64,000 nt of DNA, taken from the NCBI GenBank assembly GCA_021432655.1, contig MU271211.1, forward strand, positions 1 through 64,000, read 5' to 3'. The notes beneath the pieces were generated by a model. The model saw nothing but the letters and a program-made list of their open reading frames with translations. It was not told where the DNA came from and made no database searches. Below, piece after piece: positions 1 through 15,600 of this stretch. Position 1 is the first letter of the stretch; each line of letters starts with the position of its first letter. The position numbers were made by a program, and so were the translations under genes. The stretch is from Atractiella rhizophila (Eukaryota).

Positions 1-901
1 CATGCCAGGGAAGAAGTTCGTCAACGTGCCCTGATGCAACAACGCATAGCACAGAAGGAGAAGGAACAAAAGGAGGAGAATTTGCGCCTTCTTGCTCAGC
101 GAGCGCGAGAGGAGCGTTCCGGTGCTGCACCTCGAATTGTGGAGAAGCCTTCTGCGGCTATGGGTGCTTTGGCCGGCTATGGTAGCGATAGTGAGGAGGA
201 GGAAGAAGAGGAAAGAAGAGAAGAGACGATGAACAGTGAAGAGGAGAAGGAAGCGAGGGAACGTGATGAAGTTCGTGCGGAGAGGAGGAGGGAAAGGGAG
301 AGGGAGATGAGGATGAGCAACATGGGTACCGAACGGAGGGCAAGGGTTCTTGCGCGGTCAGTCTCCTTCTTGCGGTTAATAGGTCGGATGTAATGCTGAA
401 CATGACCTTCTCAGTGCCCAAAATCGAGACATATCGGAGAAGATTGCCTTGGGACTCGCCAAACCTACTCTGTCAAAGGAATCCATGTTGGATTCACGTC
501 TGTTCAACCGAGAACAATACTCCAACTCCTTTGGTGACGATGATGCATTCAACCTCTACGACAAAGCTCTCTTCACCGGTTCAAACGCCGGAGCTGCCAT
601 CTACAAGCCTCGTGGAAACGTAGACGAAGATGGAGAAGCAATTGGAGGCGGAGGAGCTGAAGGAGTAGAACGAGCGATGAAAATCGATCGCTTCAACCTT
701 GGCGTAGCTGGTGAAGGCAAAGGATTCGAAGGTGCGGATGCGAACGAGATCAAGGAGGGACCAGTGCAGTTTGAAGCTGCTGACCCGTTTGGAGTGGACA
801 AGTTCTATGATGAGGCGGCGAAGAAAGGGGAAAGGAAGAGGGGTCTTGAGTCGAAGGAGGAGAGGGAGGATGCAAAAAGGAAGAGGATGAGGGAGGAATA
901 G
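1..901 (+). CDS. PRP45: Pre-mRNA splicing factor Prp45/SNW1 (SKIP), C-terminal part; 5' end lies upstream of the window
   Basis: Peptides AREEVRQRALMQQRIAQKEKEQKEENLRLLAQRAREER, RDISEKIALGLAKPTLSKESMLDSRLFN, YDKALF, IYKPRG, GPVQFE..DPFGVD match the SKIP/SNW C-terminus. One intron at about 357-414; stop TAG at 899-901. Confidence 0.93.
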
Positions 902-1102
902 GTTCATATATGGATGATTTGTATCTGCTTTAACATGTATCTAATGCATTCGCCTCTATGCTTCTTACAGTAACATTTATCACAACCACCATGATTTTTT
1001 TGTTGAGTCCAGGCTCCGGGGGCCGAGACACAGCTTTAGGGGCCCTGCCAAGTTGGAGTATAGGGAACGCAAAGAAATTAATTCAGGCTGTATATACCTG
1101 CC

Positions 1103-1835
1103 ATGTCCGTCCCACCCATCCAAGGAGAAAAGTCCTTATCTGGAGCTACGACCAACCTGAACGGCGATCGAGTTGTTGCGAGCAGTCGCCGCCCTGATGG
1201 AACGTAAGCCTTACGTCTGTTCTCATCAAGATAAAACTGAAGTCCATGAAAAGGTATCGTAAAGAGCTGAAAATCCGCCCTGGGTTCATGGCTACTGAAG
1301 ATGTGGCCAAATTCCGTTCGGCCCGCCAGCAGGACATCGATGCTCGCCAAAACGCCAAAGGCAGGGTACCTGGAATGGTTCCTGGAGCGGGAGGGACGAC
1401 CAAGGTGCAAGTGACTCTTGAGGGATCCGCGAAAAAGAATCAAAAACGAAAGGAAAAACGAAAGGAGAAGAAGGACGAGGAAGACGTACCCGATGCCTGG
1501 GACGAGGAGGAAACTGAGACAAAGAAGACAGAGGAGAAACCAGCTGTTGACGTAACTAAGGAGGATAAGACTGAAAGTGGGGATAAGGAGGAAACAAAAG
1601 ATGATATCGAGAAACGACTGAAAGCCATTCGCAAGAAGTTGCGCCAGGTATGTGCATCATAACGTGAAGCTTGGAGTTGATTGCCAACATTTTACAGGCG
1701 AGTCAGTTGAAGGATTCGCAAAACTCTGGAACGCAGTTGCTTCCTGAGCAACAAGCCAAAGTGGATCAACTAGCAGATTTCCAAGATGAGCTGGAGCTTT
1801 TGGAAGGGAAGCTGGCAAGTTTGAGCGTCGGATAA
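1103..1835 (+). CDS. PYM1: Exon-junction-complex disassembly factor PYM/WIBG (Mago-binding domain)
   Basis: Spliced N-terminus RVVASSRRPDGT|YRKELKIRPGF is the Mago-binding motif; C-terminal EKRLKAIRKKLRQ|ASQLK..LLPEQQAKV is typical. Introns at about 1204-1253 and 1648-1697; TAA at 1833-1835. Confidence 0.88.
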
Positions 1836-1964
1836 GTTTGGGGTAATTTCGCGGGCTGTCAAAATGAGGTTTATTGTTTGATTAGACTGTATTGCGCCGT
1901 GTCGCCTTGAAGCAAAAGATTTACTTTAGTGTATGCTAGTAGATTCGAGAAAGTGGATCTACGG

Positions 1965-3545
1965 TCAAACCCAGACAATCTGAACGCTTCCATAATCACC
2001 TTTGTGCTTTTTCTCCTGCACTCGTCCGCCGATCCGAATAAGAAATTCTTCCAGCTCTTTGTAAGAGATATTGAAGAGAAGGCACAGCTCATCAGTATGA
2101 TGCTTGCCGTCCAGGTACTTTCGAAGATCTTTAGGCTCGGGCTTTGCCTCCTCTTCCTGCCACAGATCCTTATTGGTGGCGGAAGCAGAGAAAGAGGGAC
2201 TTCCGTCTTCGTACGGTGCCCCGTAAACGCGCAGTCGAGGGGATTTGGGAGTGAAAGAGTTATGTCCCATCCATATCGGGTAGGCATAAACTCTCCGTAG
2301 GAATCCTTTGATTACACCGTATGACACCAGCCGACGGATGTCGATGGGGTATTTGTGCAGCGAATTCTCTTGAGCCCATTCAGAAAGGGAGAAAGACGGA
2401 GTGAGGAGTGAAAGTAGATGCATGAGAGTGACGAATGACGTGGGGACGCCATCTGAAGGACCGTTGTAGACGTATTGCTCGAATTCGGAGCGCGCGGAGG
2501 AAGCGACGTCGTCTTCTTGGAAGGAAGAGCTGGATGGAGTTGAGAGATATTCCGGAAGAGAGGTGAGCAGGACGTAAGAGTTGGAAAATTGAAAGATGTC
2601 CGTGAGGAGCACTGCGCGATAGTACCTTGGCTCACTTTGAGAAGCAGAAGAAATCAGATAGCAAGAAGCATACATAAGATGTTGAATGCACTCTCTAACA
2701 AGAGCCACATCAGCGTCGGCAGCTCCCAAATCCGCAATCCGTTTCACAGGAATGATACCATCAATCAGACCGCAGACCTGGTTCAATGTCAGAAGGACTC
2801 GAACGATTTCGGAAGTTTACTTTATACATCGTTACATCCCAATTCACCTTGCGCATAGATTCAAGGTCGGCAACAGCGACAGGGACATCCCAATCCCTCA
2901 CTTCAATCGGATTCGCATAGTAAGGAAAAAGTTTGAGTTCAAGGTAGGAGAAAGAGCCGCGATGAAGCAATATCGATGTCTCGGAATAAGAGTTCAAATC
3001 TTCGTAAAGATGCTCGAGGACTGTGTAAAGCGAAATTTCCTGCCGGGAAAGGACAGTATGGTTCTCTTCCTGCCATTGGTTGAGTAGATCCAGTGGAGGA
3101 GAAAGGACAGGACCCACCACAGTCTTCAGCACTCGGCCAGTTTTGCGGACTACTGGTTCGTAACCCATAAGCTCTGCTTTGCGTTCGAAGACCTGCTACA
3201 TGCGTAAGAGACGGATATGATCAGACAGCAGGCTCTGAAAGTGCGCACGAAACAGAAGTTGAACTGGAAGCACTTCCTCTCGTATTTCTTCTCATCTTGA
3301 ATCCAAACAGGGAATCCCAATACCTTGTATTTATCCGTCGTAATCGTCACGAGGTTGTTACAGAGGCTTTGTTCTGGCACGACGCAGTTCTTGATATTGT
3401 TAAAGTTGAGCGAGTCGGAGGAGACAATATCGGCTGGGATTTGACATGAAACAGTTGCTCCTTTCGAGCCGTCAAAAGTCGCGTAGAATACCCCGAGAAG
3501 AGAAGGGAGGTACTCCCCTGTCATGGCGCGAAGGTTAGAGGTCAT
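1965..3545 (-). CDS. NPR2: GATOR1/SEACIT subunit Npr2 (NPRL2)
   Basis: GVFYATFDGSKGATVSCQIP, YKVLGFPVWIQDEKKYERKCFQFNFCFV, LYEDLNSYSETSI, DWDVPV, IDIRRLVSYGVIKGFLRRVYAYP, YLDGKHHTDELC; several short introns. Start is either 3545 or 3524. Confidence 0.93.
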
Positions 3546-4301
3546 TTTGATTTGCCAGTGGGGTACACCAAGTGCAGTCAGCAATCACGAGTAATGAAAC
3601 AGCTGTGGAAGTGGCGTTACTTTCACTGCGTGATGATTCTGCGTGATCGGCAGACTGTGGCAATGAAAAGACGTGGTTAGGAGCTGGAAGTGGAACGCTG
3701 AACGCAGAGGTGAAGTTTTGTTGAATTGCTAGTGAGAATATAAAATTCGGATATATAACACACCTTTAGCTTTACCAGCTGTTACAATCGCAAACGGTAG
3801 GTCCTGTTATGTGTCGCGCGCAATATCTTACTAGCCTTCGCCATCTTCATATCATAGCTATGACTATCATGATGTTATCTGACGTTTATAAGTTAGTTGA
3901 AGTACAGTCCAGTGCCTTCCCTTCTGGTAAACGCAAGATTGATCTCTCAGTTTTAAGGAAGTAGTCTAGCAGTCTGTGGGTAGGGATGGGTTATTAACGG
4001 CTTCAAGGACGTGTTTTAAGGGAAAGAAGGCTGTAGAAAAGTGCCTTCAAGTGTGGTTCATGCCGATAACGAAGGCCTGGGAAAAGATCAAAGAGTTGAT
4101 TTGGAACGAGCAAATGAACCTCGGAATCGCTTATCCCGTACTTGCTATTCGCAGCAGAAATGAGCGTCAGCATCGTCCCGAGTTCTTGAGCATCAGGTGC
4201 AATGTTGGTGGCTTGCGCTGCCCCGCGCCCTCGTGCGCAGGTAGTGAATTGCGTATTGTTCCCAATCAACAACCAGTTGCAAAGTTCGCATCGCATTCCA
4301 G

Positions 4302-7300
4302 ATGGACTCTGCATCGCCCAATGGCCGCCTCCGCTCCAGCTCCAACCTGACCACCCAAACGCAGCAGCAACTCAAGCGTGCGCGTCCCACATCCATCTAC
4401 CTCTCCACCTCTCCCTCCCAATCCTCCCCCACCCTCTCCTCGCCCGCTAACTCGCCCGCCAACTCGCCTCCCTCAGCAAGGCGAACCACGCAGCCCCTGC
4501 CACAGAAGCCATCCATGCAGTCCCGGAGGAGCTCCGGACTCTTCTCCTTTCCGGGGAACCAAAACGGCACCAGTTCTCCAGGCGCAGGGTCCCCTAAATC
4601 TTCTCCTTTGTCCGGAAAACGACAACGTCTCCCGTCCTACGCGACTCCCTCGTCCCCAATATCGATCAACGGTTCTCCCTCCGCGTCAAAACGCTCTCCA
4701 GGAGCTCCTTCCCCTTCCCCTTCGCCCAAAGGGGTGGCAGGAGGCGCGAAGCTCCCGCTGCCGCCTTCGAGGCTGAGGAAGGCGAGCACGATCAGCTCTG
4801 TGCTCAGCAATCCCCCTGCTCCGCGCGTCAGACTCACGTCGGAAGAGCCACCGGAACGTTCGCCTCCTGCGTCTCCTTCTACCCAGCGCTCGCCGGTGAA
4901 CCACCATCACCATGGAGAGCCGATGTTGACGGACGAGTCGGCCGTGGGATCGATATTGAGGGCGACGGGCGACGGGGAGGGGACGATGAGAGCGAAGAGT
5001 AGGAGTAGGAGTAGGAGTAGAGGGAGGAGGGAGATGACGGACGAAAGTGCGACAGAGAGCGTGATTGAGAGCTTGATGGATGAGGACGATGAGAGTGCGG
5101 GCAGTGGGGCGGACGAGACTAGTCAGCCAGAGATGGCGGTTAGGGATGAGGAGGTTCGTTTTCTTCTTGCTGCATTGTGAAAAGGATGCGGCGCGATTTA
5201 TTTTTTTCTGCGAGACACGAGGTGGCCTTTTTGTGCAAAGTGTGTAGAACGCGTTTTAAATACTTCAGGACGCGTGTTTCTCGCGAGAGACAGTTTTCCC
5301 TCTGGTTTGATGGTGTTTAGAGACGCGTATGTACCTTGTTTGGGTGACTGCTGAGGAGGGGATTCCTCACACATCGAACAACTCTTAGCAAGAACATCAT
5401 GTTCCTTTGGGAAGTTTTATGGTCGCAATTCCTGTCCCAATCTATTCTGAATAGTATTATTGATAGAAGAGAAAGACGTTCCAATTGGCTTATTTAAAAT
5501 TGTCGATTGAAGAGATGTGACTATGAGCCTCCTTTTTGTATGGTTTCTTTGCCGTGTGTTGATTAGTTGGACTGGGACTTTTTGCCTTGATTTCCTAACT
5601 TCCTACTTCCAACATCTGGTCTAATTTTGTGGCATAGTTATCCATCCTTCTCGGAAAGCTAGAACGGTTACACTTGCGTCGGATAAGCCACTACAAGCGA
5701 CTTTTTGCTAGTCAAGAAGCGGCAAGCGCCACCAACAGCCATGCACTGCATGTGAGTGTTCGCACATCTCATGTTGGCGAAAGCTAACTCGTTCATCTTA
5801 GGCTGAGATTCAGACGCTCCTCGCTTCCGGACATCGTAACCAGCTAGCTGCCCGATCCTTGCGCGAGGAGCTGGAGCACGCAAGGAGCCGAGAACGCAAG
5901 CTTCAGGCGGAGTTGGACCGTCTCAAGAGCTCACGACTCACTTCTCTCTCTAATAACGCCGCTCCGACATCCAACGGTGCCATGGACTATATTGCCTCTA
6001 CGATATTTAGAGATGGAGACGAAGACGAAATCTCATCGTACTTTCGTTCTCTGGACCCTCAAGGCAGATCAAAGCTCTTGCATCTCATTCTCTCACATAC
6101 GCTCCCTGGAGACGCCGCCGCTCTCAAAACATACTTGGACGAGCACGCTCGCACCCATTTCGACATCGTTGGCGATCTTCCCGACCAGATCTCCCTCAAG
6201 ATCTTCGAATGGGTGGCACTCGGGGCTGAGGATGACGAGGGATGCGGCTGGCGTGCACTCGGTCGATGCATGGCCGTCAGCAAGAAATGGTCGTCTCTCC
6301 TTCGATTCCACTCCCAGCACCTTTACCGCCTCCTCAGCGTGCGACTCACCGCCGGTGACCCCGTCCCCATTCTTCCTGGAACCCATATGAAGGACTGGGG
6401 CGTCGTTTATAAAGGTCTTTATTTCCGAGAACAGAATTGGAGCAGGGGAGAAGGTCAAGGCGTCGCTACGTGGATGCCACCGAGCTCGACGATTGGGACT
6501 AGTAGGAGTATGAGAAGCGAATCAGAGACGATGGGAGTGAGCTGCGGTAAGCTCTGCGAGGGAGTCTTGGTCTTGGGTGGAGAAGAAACGATCCGAGTCT
6601 TTGACCTCCCAACCAATCTATCCTCGCCAAATCGGAATATCAGCGACAGAATTTATCTCCGGAAAGCTATATCCTGTCCTGGTCCCATCAGCAGTCTGGA
6701 TTGTTATCCATCCCTCGACGTGGCATGCAGCTCGTCATCCAACCATGCACGTATCATCGTGCTCTCCCTATCAACTGGTCAAATCCTTCAGAAGCTTCAG
6801 GGTCACTCGAAAGGAGTCAAGCATGTAGCAATGAACCAGAAGTGGATCATTTCGAGCGGTTACGACAAGGCGATCTGCGCTTACGAATGGGTCGAAGGGA
6901 AGAGAAGTGCGCGGTGGGGACAACAGACTGATTTTGTCTCTGGCCTTTCTTGGTTGGACGAACGGACATTCTGTTCAGTGCAGGTGAGATTCTCTGTCCT
7001 ACTCGTGGAAGCATAACTCACGTTTGTATAGGCGGATGGAGTGGTAAGGACTTACGACGTCGTCGACAAGACAATCGTTGGCCAGTTCTCCGTTGGTCAT
7101 CTAGTGCGCTCCATCCCCAACGTTTCCAGCACTTTCGCCAAATCCGATCCTGTCATTTGGGCTTCAGCCTCTGGAAGTAACATAGCGATGGCTTCCAAAA
7201 ACCTCATTGTCCATCTCAAGCTTCCCGCGGCAGGAGAGGAGAACTTGTCGGCCTCAACCCCAACGAGTGCGACATTCCGTCAACGGCGTGAATCCTCTAT

Positions 7301-7676
7301 TGGTGCTATGTCAGACATCGGAGCAGTGCCTGTGATCGAATCATGCGTGCCCACAGCTGGAGAGATATCGAGCTGTCTGGGATCATATCTGAACCAACGG
7401 AGGGTCATCAATGTTACCAGATCCGTTGGCCGCCAAGGAGGGGGAGAGATTTGTGCGTCATCCACACTCTGTGTGATTCTCACGTGCTAACATTGGATGA
7501 CAGACCTCAATGAACTGTCGGAACTAGTCCCTCTGTCTGGAGCGTGGGATCAATTCCTAAATGAACAACTCGACGTTCGAGTTTTGACTTGCGATCATCA
7601 GAACCTGTGCGTGGTTACCGGCGACGGAAGGATCTTTGCCGTTTCCTTTGTCGGGAGCCGACACCTTGACGATTAA
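4302..7676 (+). CDS. F-box/WD40 repeat protein with a long Ser/Pro-rich N-terminus and a coiled coil
   Basis: Exon 1 (4302-5153) splices in phase across a 484-nt intron (5154-5637) to LSILLGKLERLHLRRISHYKRLF. F-box DIVGDLPDQISLKIF..RCMAVSKKW; WD motifs LQGHSKGVKHV..IISSGYDKAICAYEW; last exon ends RIFAVSFVGSRHLDD*. Confidence 0.75.
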
Positions 7677-8052
7677 CCAGCCCATCAGTATCTCAGTAAC
7701 GGATTCGTTTCGTATTTCGTGCGCATACTTGTCTCAGCAGTCACTTTCGCTCGTTCTCCCATCAAAAAAGATCATAACTGAATCGTACCGGTCATTTGCA
7801 TACCATCCGTCTCAATTTACCTATCCTTCCGTGACTTATGGACCAAAAGCATTCTTTAATGTGTTCTCTAGATCTCTTTCTCTGTATGGATTAGTGCAAA
7901 GTACTTTCTTGATCATTCGCTTTATCGTAGAGATCTCAATAGAATTGTGCCAAAAACGAAGGAGTAAGATGACACAGAACTTCATCATGTGTTAGAGTGC
8001 TACAGATTGCAGGGATGCACCCAAGCCCAAACAAATGTCCGTGGAATCATGC

Positions 8053-10059
<2,007 letters not shown>

Positions 10060-11182
10060 GATTAAAGATTGCTGTAAAGAGGAGGATAAAAGGTCAGTCG
10101 AGAATCAAAGAGAGCAGTTCGGGTTCTGGAACAAAGCCAGACAGAGAAGAGTGAAGATCAAAGGGAAATTGACAAGGGCGAAATGATGCAATGGGTTTAA
10201 GTCAGAAACAGAAATAGCCAGGGCACACATATAACATATAAGGGTTCGCGGTGGTGGAATGAAAGTCGCGCAATGAGGAGGTTTGGAGACGGAATTGGAC
10301 CGTTCAGCGAGTTCCCGAGGTCACGCCGTTAGTATTGGATGCAAATACTTGCATCAAAGCAACGAGATGTTACATGTCCTCGGAGTGTGCTCTCATTTCT
10401 AAAGTTGCCAGTTCAATTTGCCAAATGTGTCAATTCTGCATGATGAAAGGCTTTACAAAAAGGGATTGACAGAGCTCGAGGATGCCAATCATGGGAGGTT
10501 CCATTTTGTGCAAGAAACTTGAAACAGCCTATGTCGGGATGTGGAACAAGACTTGAAAGTATGCCTCTGCCACATTTATGGTGCCACATTTATGGCTCAT
10601 TGGTGCGGGAACCACAAAGGTAGCAGATCAGATGTTTCATATCGAAGACCAAAAAGGGCTGACGTAAATAATGCCAACGGCGGAAAGCAAAGCGGGTGGA
10701 CTCACTACTGTAAGCTGTTCTAATATTACTGTAGAGCAGAGAGAAGCAGGGATATATGGAAAGTGGTCGTATTTATTGCTGCAAAAAAGGAGATTGGCCT
10801 TGTTCCCATTCCTTTCCAGGACAGAACCTTATTTGGTCACGTGACGGTATGAATGCAGAAAGCATCAAACATTTAGTCGCTTCTGTTTTTGTGAATAGGT
10901 GCCTCTCTAGATTACAGTGCGATAGAGAAGCAGTACTATTGTAGTGCTTGTAGACAGAAATTCAACGCTGAGAAAAGCGTACTGAGCGGGATTCGAATCC
11001 AACACAACTTAATCTTTATTGAGCGGAACCTTGCTAAGTTCTAACACGAAAATCCAGCATCACCACCAAGTCTTACGATTCCCACTCGCCTATACTCCCT
11101 ATCCCCCAGGAGCAGCTCAGCAACTCCCTACATTCATTTCGCCACCCAACCAGGCAGCCAAATTACATCTCAAACGTTTCTA

Positions 11183-13283
11183 ATGAAGACATCATCCCTC
11201 CCAACCCGGAATCGAGGGGCTCGGGACTCCTCCTCCATCAAATCTGCCCTTCTAGCGGGTTCCATCTTCGTCTCTTCCTTACTGTCAATGCCAGCGCCTG
11301 TTAATGCGGCGCCGTACGAACCCCCTGGAAATCAGGTGCTTTTTGGGGCCTGGATTGACCCTGCCGCTGGTAAGCTCTCTCGTTTTGTATATCTGGTTGC
11401 GCGAAGCGATAGCTATCCTGTCTCCTTTCATTTGATTTGTCATGTCTGAGCGTTTTGATGACCCCGACTTGAAGCTTTCTGGACGGCAATATTGATGACG
11501 TCTCTCGTCGTGTGCAGGTTACTCCGATACACCAACATGGTTCAACGAGCGACTGGGACTGTCAGTCTATCTCTCCTTTCTAACTCCCGCTTCTCTCATG
11601 CGATTCTAAACAGGAACGTTCCCGTTTACCAACTTTCTCAACCCATCCCGCTTCCAAAATACGTACGTTCTCTAATCTTCGTTTCCATGTCGCTCCGCTT
11701 ATCTGTACTTCTCGGCCCATCCATAGGATTACGTTACTGGTGCGGGTGGCCCTGCTCCCGAACCTTTACTCGAGAAAAGTGGAACTGATTCTGTAAGACC
11801 CTGCCGCCTCGTCGTACTCAGACTCGGAAACTAATACTTGAGGTATCGCTCAGGCATTCTTCCTCACGGTTTACCCGACGAGCCTAGATGCTGTTACTCA
11901 GGCTGACATGGATGCCCTCGCCGATCAGATCAGAGATTGTGCGTCTTTTCTTGCTCCTTCGAGATGTTCCAGTTGGACTCATAGAAGAACAGACCACGTT
12001 CTCAACAACCGGACAGTCTTCGTCCGTTATGCTCCGGAAATGCAAGGAAATTGGTTCCCGTATGGACAGAAGCCTGTGCAATTCATCCAGCAGTGGCGAC
12101 AGGTCTATACGACCTTGAAAGCGAAGGCTCCAGAGGTGATTATGTGAGATTGATTTCTTTGCAGCCTCCTAGTAATCTCTGCTCATCGCGTTCTACTCGG
12201 CAGGGTTTGGGCCCCCAACACCGGACAAGGGTGCGTTTCCATTCAGCTTCCTTGTTAACGACACCGGGCTGAGGTTTGAACAGTTATCCCTACGTCGGTG
12301 GATGGGGAGACATCACCGCTGAGAACCAGGCGGTTTTGGACACGAATGGAAATGGCAACTTTGACAATGGAGACGATCCCTACAGCCCTTATTGGCCCGG
12401 AATAGAATATGTGGACTGGGCGGGACTTTCAGTCTGTTCGTCTGCTTTACGTTTCATACTATCAGGATCGTAGTTGAGGTAGTGTACAGACTACAAGGGT
12501 ACTGGAGACGACACTACCAACACCGTGCAGACAACCGGCTATTGCGGTGGCGTTTTCGATGGCACGAACAACGTCGGAAACAACTCCAACTTTTATGCAG
12601 ACTATTGTGCACGTTACAACGGTCTCGCCTGCATGGTTTGTGGCCTCATCCAACCCCCTGACTTCACACTCAAATTTAACACAGATGTCCGAATCGGGAG
12701 CCGCTTATCATGAAGCTGATTTGGCCGGAGCGACTGCACTCCAGCTTCAGACAGCATGGATCAACGATTGTATCACATCCGCGACCTTTTTGGACAGCCA
12801 CCCTCGTCTCAAGCTCATCATGCACTTCGAACACGAAAAGGCTGAACAGGCAAATGATGGAACCAGCGATATGCGCGACTATCGTATCACTAACCACTCG
12901 AATATCCTCGCTGTTCTTCAAGCTGGATTTGCGGGATTGGGAGATAGGTTCTCTTGGTGAGCAATACATCCTTTCTTCCTAACAAAGAGAAAGAGATGCT
13001 GACATGCGGTGCGCGCTCAAGGGCAAATGTGAGAGAGATCCCAACTTCGATCTCCTCCCCCGGTTCGAATGCTCCAATCACCGATTCGCTCGGGCACGTA
13101 TCCTCCACCCCTCCACCAGTCGTCTCTGCCACCACTCGACCGCGAGACAACCAGTTCCCTCTGCTGTTCGGCAACAAGATCGACCCGACAAAATCGGACG
13201 GAATGATGACGGAGATCATTGAGATTTCCACGATCGTGTTGGCTGCGATCGGAGGAACTGCGGTTGTGTTCCGTTGGCTGTAA
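11183..13283 (+). CDS. Glycoside hydrolase family 26-like (mannanase/glucanase clan GH-A) with C-terminal hydrophobic anchor
   Basis: N-terminal hydrophobic segment; VFVRYAPEMQGNWFPYGQKP (acid/base Glu); VWAPN; DDPYSPYWPGIEYVDWAGLS; MSESGAAY (nucleophile region); DYRIT; C-terminal IVLAAIGGTAVVFRWL. About 10 short introns. Confidence 0.8.
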
Positions 13284-13860
13284 AATTGTGAGTTGACGTT
13301 GTTAGAAAGGTGAGAGGGGAAGTGTGGGTAGGGACATGGTTGGATTCGTTCCTTGTCGTTCGAGAGAGAGTGGGCTTAATTAATCACGATTTAACTCGGT
13401 TTCATTTCACGCTTGTGGATCGTGATGGACCTTTGAACTTTTTCTGCTCTCTTCGTCTTCTCTGTTCTTTAGGTGTTCTTTCCTCTTGATTCTCAGTTAA
13501 CAGTATTATATTTCATTTCACCTATCTTAGCTGGAGAGCACATGCGCACACCTAGAATCAATCTTTCATCCTCTCAACATATTGGACCATTTAAGTATCT
13601 TGTCTCTTCCACAGTAACGGAACAGGGTAAGTAGTGGTACGTGCATCGTCGCCAATTGATGCTCCCAGTGAGCGTAGATTCTGCTCAGGGCCTCAACGTC
13701 CACATACGGTGGGACATAGGCAAATGGGTCCTGAAAATCATTCAACTTTCTCGTACCAGACTATTGGCGTTCTCCAAGCGCGTACAGTACACATAAACCA
13801 GTCCCCAAAAGGAATGGTTCGATTTATCAAACACACGATGGACCCAGACTTGAAGGAGAT

Positions 13861-15600
13861 TCAAGCCCAAACGACTTGGATCACAGGTGTTTCGTAAAGA
13901 GTTCCTGAGGCATCCCCAGCTGTAGTGATGTTCGTGAATGACTAGCACGCCGCTGTCAGGGAGTCACTGGCGCCAGACCCGCAAACACTTACAACAAACA
14001 CGGTTTTGCCGTCTGTGGACGACAGGTCTGGGTGAGCCTGGATCGAGTATGCCCCAAATGGACCCACCCCTCCTTTGGGGTTCAGGAAGTTCTATACGCC
14101 AGGCTGGTCAACGTTGTTACTAGGATGTATGGCAAAAACGCACAGAAGGTGTTGTCCACGGTCCTTCAGGTGCCGGGGCCTGGAAGGAGCTTAGCAAAAC
14201 ACTTGCGGATGATCGATCCTTACAGTTGAGATATACATGGAAGCCCCCGGAAACTGGCTGCCGCCGATCCAAGTGTATGCGTTGAAATAGCTATGAAACA
14301 GGTCAGCTTACAGGTAGGCTAGAATTGAACCCTACTTTGAGAAAAAGAAGGTTCCCTGACCACCAGTACCTGCGTTCGCAACTGCAATATTGGAATTGAT
14401 GTTTGGCTTAGTGGAGGTCCAAGCTGTGTCCAGGACATGAGCTTCAGCCGCTACCAATAACAAGAAACACACCTCCATTAACCCAGTATTGGTAGTTAGA
14501 TATGTTTTCAATGCCTCCCGTGGACACCTTTGCAAGAGCGATACCTCCATTGGCCAGTTTTCCGTAAAGATAAGCAGTGGTCCCACTGATGACTCCTCCA
14601 TATACCCCAAAGTGGATATCGGTGCCAGAGTAGAAGCCTAAGGCAGTATGTTAGCTGGGTACTGTTTCATAAATGTGGAACGTGCCGTGCTTGACAACTT
14701 CTACAAGGGGAAGCCCGGAGCCATCCCTATCAGGCTGGTAGCTGACCCTATAGAGAGACTAGAGCGACGGTGAGAGACGAAGGACCTTTTCATAAAACAC
14801 ATACAGCAGGTGTGGGGCTGTTCAGCACCGTGAAGTCGCTTTTGATGTGGGCATGGTCAACCCAGGTATACCCTCCAACATCACCGTTGGGGAATTCCAG
14901 AGTACGGAGGACAGCAGAGTCCTCCCACACCGTCCACCGAGTTCCGTCTGAGCACGCTCCGGCAGTATTGTCATTGCACTCGCCGCCTACACTTGAATTG
15001 AGCTGATTGGATTTCCTCGGGGCGAGCACTCACTGGCATAAGGGTAAAATGGCTGGGAAAACGGGCCGCTCCTATGACGCCGTTACACAAGGACCTGACT
15101 GGGTCTGCGATACTCACTGTGTGAGCCCCGGAGCGACGCCAGCTGCAAAACAAAGGGTTTAGGGGTTTCAGATATTCCAAATGCAAAGACTCACGCCCTG
15201 AATAGGCGCTCCAGGCCGCGGTAGTTGAAATAATGGGTAGAGTAGGGACTCCATTTGTAACAGGGTTGGTGCTGGCGTCCTGGTATAAGGATTTATCATA
15301 GGGAACGAAGATCAACACACTCCCTGCACGTCCACAGCTATCTCTTTGCGTTAATGGGACAATAAACGTTCAGGAATAACGAACAAGGCGATTACCAAAT
15401 CTCACAGACTGACATGAGTCCCTCGTGAGTCCAGCGGCCGCCGCAATGCCGACTACTCTAGAGCTTGCAACCGTAGGCGCTCTTTTCTCGAGGGTTGGAC
15501 TTCCGAAAGGTTGATGCCTGCTAGAGTTGCTACTCCAAACGGTGGAAGCAGATCCCAAGCATAACAGAACGAATGAGGCGAATTTGGAGTCGGCAATCAT
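13861..15600 (-). CDS. Secreted protein of unknown function (resembles fungal DUF4185-like beta-propeller proteins)
   Basis: Signal peptide MIADSKFASFVLLCLGSASTVWS, dibasic KR site, RDSCQSVRFG, GTRWTVWEDS, GGQGTFFFS, APEGPWT, AYSIQAHP; last exon TLYETPVIQVVWA* with TGA at 13861-13863. Family assignment is from motif recall only. Confidence 0.62.

Noticed and set aside
3622..3715. GTGATGA ... CTGA with flanking complementarity, suggesting a C/D snoRNA
   Set aside because: Terminal stem register does not fit a k-turn, I recognise no rRNA guide, and it lies in the NPR2 promoter. snoscan would be needed to revive it.
4997..5021. (AGTAGG)n short tandem repeat
   Set aside because: Encodes SRSRSRSR in a low-complexity exon; not telomeric or CRISPR-like.
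10975..11010. GGATTCGAATCC palindrome resembling a tRNA T-arm on the minus strand
   Set aside because: No matching T stem, anticodon arm, D arm or 5' acceptor strand; at most a degenerate remnant.
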